This document shows, piece by piece, positions 11,271 to 17,572 of a stretch of 40,517 bases of DNA. Position 1 is the stretch's first letter. Every line of letters begins with the position of its first letter. Source of the DNA: Bacteroidales bacterium (GTDB taxonomy: Bacteria > Bacteroidota > Bacteroidia > Bacteroidales > P3); assembly GCA_012837565.1 (NCBI GenBank), contig DUQY01000066.1, positions 1 to 40,517 on the forward strand. The letters run 5' to 3'. The translations under genes and the position numbers were made by a program. The notes under the pieces were generated by a model. It saw nothing but the letters and a program-made list of their open reading frames with translations, was not told where the DNA came from and searched no databases.

Positions 11271-11278
11271 CAAAGGTA
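11271..11278 (-). promoter_or_regulatory. Bacteroidota -7 promoter element (TACCTTTG on the minus strand) for guaB
   Basis: The plus strand reads CAAAGGTA, which is the reverse complement of the TAnnTTTG consensus. It lies about 25 nt upstream of the ATG at 11246. Confidence 0.55.
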
Positions 11279-11384
11279 GTAATTATTTATTAATCCAAAA
11301 AATAAAAAACAGAAAAACTAAAAACCTAATAAGTTTGGCAAATAGCAAACGAAAAGTTTTTAATAAATAAAGGTTTAGGAGTTG

Positions 11385-11409
11385 GCACTAAGCTAACTTG
11401 TCTTAGTGC
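11385..11409. repeat. inverted repeat / hairpin GCACTAAG-N9-CTTAGTGC
   Basis: Perfect 8-bp arms at 11385-11392 and 11402-11409. They can be extended by 3 bp (GTT/AAC) with one bulged G. Confidence 0.7.
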
Positions 11410-11439
11410 AACACTGAACCTATTAAAGTACATTAGTTG

Positions 11440-11534
11440 AGTGTCACCGTTTCACTCTTCTTAGGGGGTGCGAAACAGAGAAACAAGATTCATTTCCAAT
11501 ACTTTGCAAAATAATGGTGACACTTTCGCCCTAA
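11440..11534 (+). other. two interleaved inverted repeats (pseudoknot-compatible)
   Basis: AGTGTCACCGTT (11440-11451) pairs with AATGGTGACACT (11513-11524): 12 bp including one G.U. TTAGGG(GGTG)CGAAA (11461-11475) pairs with TTTCGCCCTAA (11524-11534): 6 + 5 bp with a 4-nt bulge. The arm order is 1-2-1'-2'. Confidence 0.6.
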
Positions 11535-11645
11535 AACAGCCAAAATCATCAAAATAATCTGTGGCATTAAAAAGCATTTCAGTATAGTTTAGAATACCAA
11601 AAAAGAAAAGAGTCAAAAACTATTGATTAACTGCAAAAAAATTCG

Positions 11646-11653
11646 TATATTTG
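11646..11653 (+). promoter_or_regulatory. orphan Bacteroidota-type promoter (TATATTTG, with TTG at 11623-11625)
   Basis: Exact TAnnTTTG -7 box with an upstream TTG at about the expected -33 spacing. No ORF of 60 aa or more follows before 12382. Confidence 0.5.
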
Positions 11654-11723
11654 CAAAATAGAAATGATAGGAATAAGCCCTAGAGATTTCAGTCCAAAAC
11701 CCCATATAAATTTCCTTAAAGTA

Positions 11724-11787
11724 AAATGATGCACATCTTTCACCCCGAAAGATGTACATCATTTGATATGAAAGATGTGCATCATTT
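11724..11787. repeat. 17-mer present three times (one forward, two inverted)
   Basis: AAATGATGCACATCTTT is at 11724-11740. Its reverse complement occurs at 11748-11764 (AAAGATGTACATCATTT, 16/17) and at 11771-11787 (AAAGATGTGCATCATTT, 17/17). Confidence 0.9.
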
Positions 11788-11792
11788 GGTTA

Positions 11793-11897
11793 GTGAAACG
11801 AAGATTCAGTAATTTATTACAGCGTTTCAGAAAATTAGAACAAAGAAAGAAAAAAATGAAACGAAGATCTACGACGCTCAAACGAAGATCTAATATT
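11793..11897 (-). repeat. 21-bp-period tandem array, 5 units, core CGTTTCA (array A, minus orientation)
   Basis: Minus-strand units: AATATTAGATCTTCGTTTGAG / CGTCGTAGATCTTCGTTTCAT / TTTTTTCTTTCTTTGTTCTAA / TTTTCTGAAACGCTGTAATAA (degenerate) / ATTACTGAATCTTCGTTTCAC. The CG/TG of the core recurs exactly every 21 bp. Confidence 0.8.
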
Positions 11898-11925
11898 TGC
11901 AAGCTTTTCGATTGATTATTAGGTT

Positions 11926-11970
11926 TGTTTCCGTGTTTCCAACCCTATAGTAAGAGGAAACATGGAAACA
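11926..11970. repeat. 15-bp-stem hairpin / inverted repeat
   Basis: TGTTTCCGTGTTTCC (11926-11940) and GGAAACATGGAAACA (11956-11970) pair over 15 bp with one G.U on the plus strand, around a 15-nt loop. Each arm is itself a GTTTCC direct duplication. Confidence 0.85.
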
Positions 11971-12231
11971 CCAATAATATACTTTATAAAACGCCAAAGC
12001 ATAAATAAAACCTAAGAAAAGTTTCAATCCAAGAAAATATAAACTCTTAAGCACTCGTATTATATCAAGACGGGTGAAGGAAATGGAAAATTCCTACAAA
12101 GATATCATCTTCACGGGATTATTCTTGTTGCAGCGTTTCACTCTAATAAGGGTGGTGCTACAGTGCAATTTTGTTAATAATCAACAGTTTGTATAAGAAG
12201 CCGTGCAAAAAGGGTGGATATCATAGAAAAA

Positions 12232-12290
12232 CTCTGTTTAGTTAAAATACTTTTATCACTTGTTGAGGTAGATATATTTTAACTAAAGAG
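12232..12290. repeat. long AT-rich hairpin / inverted repeat
   Basis: CTCTGTTTAGTTAAAATA (12232-12249) pairs with TATTTTAACTAAAGAG (12275-12290): 13 + 3 bp with a 2-nt bulge and a 25-nt loop. Confidence 0.8.
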
Positions 12291-12348
12291 CTATACATAT
12301 TATATAGTGGTTTTTTCTTATCTATGATGAAAGTTGTAAAAATCATTG

Positions 12349-12356
12349 TATTTTTG
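12349..12356 (+). promoter_or_regulatory. Bacteroidota -7 promoter element (TATTTTTG) for the C25 peptidase gene
   Basis: Exact TAnnTTTG match about 25 nt upstream of the ATG at 12382. Confidence 0.55.
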
Positions 12357-12381
12357 CACGTTATTTATAATAGTATGACTT

Positions 12382-15300
12382 ATGAAAAATTTAATTTTCA
12401 AAATATTTGTTCTATCTATATTGATATTTAGTTCAAAATTAAATGCTCAAATTATTATTGGGCAAGACGTTAAAAATCCAAATCCAATTATTAAGGAATC
12501 ATCTGAGAGTTTGTTCCTTTCCCAAACATTTTCTTTTTTAAGCCTTGAAAAGGAGAGGACAGAAAAAGGTATCTTCTATAAAATTGATATGGGAGATGAC
12601 TTTGGAACAAGCCAAAAGGTTGGTATGCCTGAATTGCCTACTTATTCTCAATTGATTGAGCTGCCTTACGGTGCTAATATAGAAATAGAGTATAGCAATG
12701 TGGTTACTGAAACGTATGCATTAGAAAAATATGGTGATTATAAAATTATACCATTTCAAAAATCTATGTCTAAGAGTGAGACTGAAAATCCTTTTCTTAT
12801 TAATGAAAAAGAATATCTTAATAATAGATACTTTGGTAGTGACTTGGTTGTGGTTGAGAAATTAGGTTTTATGGGTGGGGTTAGATTGGCTCGTTTGTCT
12901 GTTTCGCCAATCCAATATAATCCTGTTTCTAACACAATTATTTTTGTTAAATCTTTTGATGTTAACATTAAGTTTGTCAATATTGATATTAAGGCAACCA
13001 GTGAGGCTAAACTCAAATATAATAATCAGCAATCTGCTTTTGTGGGACAGAAAACCGTTAATAATAAGGGTTTGTCGGCAGCAGTTCCTTCCTACCCAAT
13101 TAGTAGGCCTTTGAAAATGATTATTCTTTCAGATCCTATGTTTGAAGATGCTTTGCAGCCTTTTATTCTTTGGAAGAAAGAAAAAGGGATTGAAATTGTT
13201 GAGCTGTATAAAGGTCAGCCTGGTGTTGGAACAACAAGAGAGGAGATGAAGGACTATCTGAAATCGTTATGGGATAATGCCTCTGCTAGTTCTCCTGCGG
13301 CTGATTATCTTCTAATTTGTGGTGATATTGACCAAATTCCTGCTTTTCCTATTGTAAATAATCAAAGTGGTTCGGCTCCAACCGATTTATATTATGCTGA
13401 ATATACTGGTGACTATTTGCCAGACTTGTTTTATGGTAGGTTTTCTGCAGAAACTGTTGCTCAAATGACTAATATAGTTAATAAGACTATTGTGTATGAG
13501 AAGAAGCTAATGCAAGATAATTCATACTTAAAGAAAACTCTCTTGGTAGCTGGTAGAGAAACTAACTCTCCTGCTCCAACTTGTGGTAATGGTCAGGTTA
13601 ATTATGCAAAGTCTTACCTTAAAAACAATCCTAATATTGATACCTTGGTATATTATAATCCTGCCTCTGGTAGTCTTTCTACTCAAATTAGAGATAGTAT
13701 TGCAAAAAATGGATATTCATATATTAATTATACAGCTCATTGTGATCAAAATGGTTGGGCAAGTCCTACATTGTCACAGTTTGATGTTAAGAATATGAAT
13801 AATACTGGAAAATACTCATTCTATATTAACAATTGTTGTCTCTCAAGTAAGTTTAGTGATAATGAATGTTTTGCTGAAGCTATACTAAGAGCTGATAATA
13901 GAGGTGGTGTTGGTGCTATTGGTGGAAGTAGTTATACATATTGGTTTGAAGACTTTTATTGGTCTGTTGGTAGTAAGGCGATAAATGTAAATCCTACTTA
14001 TGATGCTAATAATTTAGGGTCTTACGATAGGATATTTCATAAAAACAATGAGCCTTATGCAAAATGGTACACAACTGCTGGACAAATTATGCAAGCAGGG
14101 AACCTTTCTGTTCAACAATATGGCTCAAACTTATCAAATTATTATTGGGAGATATACCACTTAATGGGCGATCCATCACTTACTCCTTATATTGGTTTGC
14201 CAATAACTATGACAAGCACTATTGCTGATTCAATTCCTCTTGGAACATCAAGCATTTCAGTTTCAACAGATCCCTATGCTTTTGTTGGAGTCTCTCAAAA
14301 TGGCATCCTATTAGGAGCTTCTCAGGCAGATGTAAACGGAAGTGTTGATATTAATTTCAATAACCCAATTAATCTTCCCGAGAATCTAAAGGTAGTGATT
14401 ACTAATCAGTTTTCAAGCCCTATTATCGATTCAGTAGCGATCTTTCTTCCAACTTATCCTTTAATCAATTTAAGTTCGATTAAGTATTATAATACTCAAA
14501 TGGAGGAAGTGACAGAGCTGAAAAACAATGAAGATTATTTTATAAGTCTAAATGTTGAAAACCTTGGCACCGTAGCAATTGATAGTGTGAGATTAGAAAT
14601 TAACAATACGCCAAATTTGCAATTTAGTGACTCAGAAGAATATATTGGATTTGTTGGAGCAATGTCTAGTGTTGTTTCTGAGCATTCTCTGAAGGTGAAG
14701 ATATTAGATGGAGTTTTAGACAGAACTCAAATCGATTATATAATTAATATTTCAGGCCAGAATGGTTATTCCGATTATAAGGACTTTTCAATTGAAGCTT
14801 TTTGTCCTGTGCTGGAGATAGAAAACATAAAACTTTCAAAAGACAGTAATAATAGTTTACTAACAGGACAAGGAGTTATTATTAGTTTTGATATAAAAAA
14901 TACAGGAAGAAACTTGTCAGATGCAGGGAGTGTTTCTTTGCTTGCTATGTCTTCTAACCTTTCTTTCCCAGAAGATAGCACAGACGCCTTAAGTCCTTTG
15001 CCTCCAAATGCTTCATTATCGTATGCTTTTAATCTTATCTTAGATGATGGCATTTCAAATAACAATTATATAAAATTCAAAATATCTGCAATTGCTAATC
15101 AATACTTCAATGCAACAATATACGATTCTATCATATTGAATGGACAAATTGAAACCTTTGAAACAAGAGATCTTAGATCTTTCCCTTGGATTAATGATGC
15201 TCTTAGGCCTTGGGTTATTGAATCAGCTGTAGAGAATGTTTATCAAGGACAATATTCTTTGAAATCAGGTGCCATTACAAATTCCCAAAATACTACTTTA

Positions 15301-15825
15301 AGTATTAATATGAAATCAATATCTAATGATAGCATATCTTTCTTTCTAAAGACTTCCACAGAAAATGGTTATGATAAACTTTTGTTTTATATAGATAATT
15401 CTTTTGTTTTTGAGAAATCAGGAGAATATAATTGGAAAAGGTATGCCTTTGCAGTAAGTGCTGGAGATCATAATTATAAATGGGTATATGAGAAAGATTA
15501 CTCTACAAATAATGGTGATGATGCTGTGTGGTTAGATAATATTAAATTCCCTTTAAATGCAAAAGTAATCTCTATTGATGAAATTGAAGATAAAATGGAT
15601 AAGATTACGATTTATCCGAATCCGGCTAAAGACATAATCAATATTACTAACCTGAAAGCTAATTCAGATATTGTTTTATATGATTTATTAGGAAGAGTTA
15701 AGCTGTCCATTTCAAACAAAATGGTTTCAAATATTAATGTTTCAAGTCTTCCAAACGGAGTCTATTATTTGTCCATTAGATCTGATAAGAGTATTATTAA
15801 TAATAAAATTATTATAGCAAGATAG
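12382..15825 (+). CDS. peptidase C25 (gingipain-like cysteine protease) family protein with a T9SS C-terminal sorting domain
   Basis: 1147 aa. Signal peptide MKNLIFKIFVLSILIFSSKLNAQ. C25-like catalytic region (LLICGDIDQIP, YINYTAHCDQNGW, FYINNCCLSSKF). A lectin/MAM-like jelly-roll segment sits near the C-terminus. The terminal ~80 aa (ITIYPNPAKDIINI...NGVYYLSI...) match the Por/T9SS CTD pattern. Confidence 0.8.
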   Translation: MKNLIFKIFVLSILIFSSKLNAQIIIGQDVKNPNPIIKESSESLFLSQTFSFLSLEKERTEKGIFYKIDMGDDFGTSQKVGMPELPTYSQLIELPYGANIEIEYSNVVTETYALEKYGDYKIIPFQKSMSKSETENPFLINEKEYLNNRYFGSDLVVVEKLGFMGGVRLARLSVSPIQYNPVSNTIIFVKSFDVNIKFVNIDIKATSEAKLKYNNQQSAFVGQKTVNNKGLSAAVPSYPISRPLKMIILSDPMFEDALQPFILWKKEKGIEIVELYKGQPGVGTTREEMKDYLKSLWDNASASSPAADYLLICGDIDQIPAFPIVNNQSGSAPTDLYYAEYTGDYLPDLFYGRFSAETVAQMTNIVNKTIVYEKKLMQDNSYLKKTLLVAGRETNSPAPTCGNGQVNYAKSYLKNNPNIDTLVYYNPASGSLSTQIRDSIAKNGYSYINYTAHCDQNGWASPTLSQFDVKNMNNTGKYSFYINNCCLSSKFSDNECFAEAILRADNRGGVGAIGGSSYTYWFEDFYWSVGSKAINVNPTYDANNLGSYDRIFHKNNEPYAKWYTTAGQIMQAGNLSVQQYGSNLSNYYWEIYHLMGDPSLTPYIGLPITMTSTIADSIPLGTSSISVSTDPYAFVGVSQNGILLGASQADVNGSVDINFNNPINLPENLKVVITNQFSSPIIDSVAIFLPTYPLINLSSIKYYNTQMEEVTELKNNEDYFISLNVENLGTVAIDSVRLEINNTPNLQFSDSEEYIGFVGAMSSVVSEHSLKVKILDGVLDRTQIDYIINISGQNGYSDYKDFSIEAFCPVLEIENIKLSKDSNNSLLTGQGVIISFDIKNTGRNLSDAGSVSLLAMSSNLSFPEDSTDALSPLPPNASLSYAFNLILDDGISNNNYIKFKISAIANQYFNATIYDSIILNGQIETFETRDLRSFPWINDALRPWVIESAVENVYQGQYSLKSGAITNSQNTTLSINMKSISNDSISFFLKTSTENGYDKLLFYIDNSFVFEKSGEYNWKRYAFAVSAGDHNYKWVYEKDYSTNNGDDAVWLDNIKFPLNAKVISIDEIEDKMDKITIYPNPAKDIINITNLKANSDIVLYDLLGRVKLSISNKMVSNINVSSLPNGVYYLSIRSDKSIINNKIIIAR

Positions 15826-15832
15826 AAGAATA

Positions 15833-16672
15833 ATGCAAGATACTACTAACAATCATCTTGATGTAGCTCAAACGCAAAAAACGATTTATCCAATATTTAT
15901 TGTATCTGATTCTATTCAAAAAGATACAAATATAGTTGGGTTTAAAGATTATGTAGTAAGAACCCTAAATTGCCATACTGAACCTTTAATAGAAAGAGAA
16001 TCTTTGTTTGGTAAAAAGACCTATGTGAATAAAGATTTAAAGATGCTTGAACGACCAAACACATCTGCTGAGGGCTGGATATATGGTGTTATTTTTCTTG
16101 CTGCAATTTTTTATTTGCTACTAATAAAGATTTTTTCTAACAAAATTAAGCACGTAATTAGAGGGACATATAGCCATTTAACTTTGTTTATTATTCTTTC
16201 TTTTCTTTTTATTCCAGTCTTTGCTCTCTTGTGTTATACGCCCATAAGTCAGTATAATTATTACTACTATTTCCCAATTAAATCTCATTTCGCAATATTC
16301 CTTTTGCTTTACTTCATTATCCTTACTTATGCTTTAATTAAATACATTTTGATTTTTTTCTTTGGAGAGCTCTTTAGGGCAAGGTCAATATGTTTTAACT
16401 ATAATTCAAATCAACTAGGGTTCTATTTTATTAGTGGAATAATTATGATTCCTTTTCTCTTTTTCTATTATTATTCGCCTAATAGTGCTAAAGATAATAT
16501 ATTAATAGCAATATTAATTGTGTTTTCTATATTGTTGTTAACTAGGCTTGTAAAGGGACTCCTCCTAGTTTTGAGTGAAACAAAGTTCTCTAAATTCTAT
16601 TTATTTGTTTATCTTTGCATTCTCGAATTTATACCATTAATAATAATATATAAGTCTTTAATTGATTATTAA
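15833..16672 (+). CDS. polytopic membrane protein (DUF4271-like)
   Basis: 279 aa. A soluble N-terminus is followed by about 6 hydrophobic helices. Placement immediately upstream of a HemD-like gene matches the DUF4271 context I recall from Bacteroidota. Confidence 0.55.
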   Translation: MQDTTNNHLDVAQTQKTIYPIFIVSDSIQKDTNIVGFKDYVVRTLNCHTEPLIERESLFGKKTYVNKDLKMLERPNTSAEGWIYGVIFLAAIFYLLLIKIFSNKIKHVIRGTYSHLTLFIILSFLFIPVFALLCYTPISQYNYYYYFPIKSHFAIFLLLYFIILTYALIKYILIFFFGELFRARSICFNYNSNQLGFYFISGIIMIPFLFFYYYSPNSAKDNILIAILIVFSILLLTRLVKGLLLVLSETKFSKFYLFVYLCILEFIPLIIIYKSLIDY

Positions 16673-16693
16673 ATACTCTGAAAAATTAAGTCT

Positions 16694-17572
16694 ATGTGTA
16701 AACCAGTAATAAAAAATATTCTTATTTCTCAACCTGCACCCTTAGATATTGAAAAGTCTCAATATAAAATATTAATTGATAATCATGGTGTTGAATTAAC
16801 TTTTAATAAGTTCTTCGATATAACTGGAGTATCAAACAAGGATTTTAGAGCCTCTAAGATTAATATTTTAGATCATTCAGCTGTTATAGTAACTAGTAAA
16901 TTGGCTATTGATAATTATTTTAAATTGGCAAAAGAACTTAGATTAGTTATTCCTGAGAGTATGAAGTTTTTCTGCGTTACAGAAGGTATTGCAAACTATT
17001 TACAAAACTATATTCAATATAGAAAGAGAAAGATTTTTTATGGTAAATTGCAGTTTTCAGAACTAATAGATACAATGTTAAAGCACAAGGAAGAAACTTT
17101 TCTATATCCTTGTTCGGATGATACCTCTTCGGAAAACTTTAAGCTTCTCGACAAAAATAAGATTAAATATACCAAGTCAGTAATGTATCGTTCTGTTCCA
17201 AATGATTTAAGAGGATTAGATATTGAGAAATTTGATATGGTTGTGATGTTTAGTCCAATTGGCGTTAGCTCTTTTATCGAAAGTTTCCCTAGTTATAACC
17301 ATGAGAAAATAGATTTTGCAGCATTTGGATTAAGTACACAGGCAGCATTAAAAGATGCTAAAATAAAAACAATTATTCCTGCACCTACCCCAGCCACTCC
17401 TTCAATGATTATGGCTATTGATAGATATATGAGCCTTAGTCCAGAGGAAAGGGCAGAGCATAAGGAGAGGATTGAAGAGGAATTTAATAAGAAAGCAGAT
17501 AAAAAATCTTCTGTTACTTTAAAAGTTACGACCAAAAAGACATCTAAACCCAAGTCAAATAATATTGGTTAA
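16694..17572 (+). CDS. uroporphyrinogen-III synthase (HemD)-like protein with a lysine-rich C-terminal tail
   Basis: 292 aa. The two-lobed HemD-like layout is judged from sequence character and the conserved DUF4271-HemD-rnpA context. The tail is KKADKKSSVTLKVTTKKTSKPKSNN. Its stop overlaps the rnpA start (TAATG). Confidence 0.55.
   Translation: MCKPVIKNILISQPAPLDIEKSQYKILIDNHGVELTFNKFFDITGVSNKDFRASKINILDHSAVIVTSKLAIDNYFKLAKELRLVIPESMKFFCVTEGIANYLQNYIQYRKRKIFYGKLQFSELIDTMLKHKEETFLYPCSDDTSSENFKLLDKNKIKYTKSVMYRSVPNDLRGLDIEKFDMVVMFSPIGVSSFIESFPSYNHEKIDFAAFGLSTQAALKDAKIKTIIPAPTPATPSMIMAIDRYMSLSPEERAEHKERIEEEFNKKADKKSSVTLKVTTKKTSKPKSNNIG

Noticed and set aside
11664-12197. Micro-ORFs inside the island. 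Plus strand: 11664-11729 (21 aa), 11726-11812 (MMHIFHPERCTSFDMKDVHHLVSETKIQ, 28 aa), 11856-11915 (19 aa), 11962-12015 (17 aa) and 12084-12197 (37 aa). Minus strand: a 49-aa ORF starting at 11762.
   Set aside because: All are short, and they overlap repeats or hairpins that already explain their sequence. Bacteroidota lack usable SD signals to support them. I have no conservation data. They are not called as genes but should be re-examined if Ribo-seq data exist.
11279-12348. Chromosomal replication origin (oriC), or a plasmid-like iteron origin, as an explanation for the repeat-rich island.
   Set aside because: I found no perfect DnaA box (TTATCCACA/TGTGGATAA), only weak partial matches (for example GGTGGATAT at 12213-12221). 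There is no dnaA/dnaN or rep gene nearby, and the same repeat family sits in two ordinary convergent gaps. This cannot be fully excluded without a GC-skew analysis of the whole genome.
11279-12348. A known structured RNA gene (tmRNA, RNase P RNA, SRP/4.5S, 6S, tRNA) or an rRNA fragment in the long spacer.
   Set aside because: None of the hallmark strings are visible on either strand: the tmRNA GGGG...TCCACCA ends and tag ORF, the RNase P GAGGAAAGTCC, the SRP GGAAGCAGCC-type domain IV, and the tRNA GGTTCGAATCC T-arm. A cmscan would be needed to be certain.
11279-12348. IS element, MITE or prophage remnant explaining the island.
   Set aside because: There is no transposase, integrase or phage-like ORF, and I could not identify terminal inverted repeats or target-site duplications flanking the whole region. 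The direct CGTTTCACTCT modules (11448 and 12134) remain a weak hint and are reported as a finding rather than called a mobile element.
12382-15825. Calling the 1147-aa C25 protein the T9SS sortase PorU (similar size, same peptidase family).
   Set aside because: It has a cargo-type C-terminal sorting domain and a lectin-like domain. There is no adjacent porV. I cannot distinguish PorU from C25 cargo proteases without an HMM, so I kept the generic C25 call.
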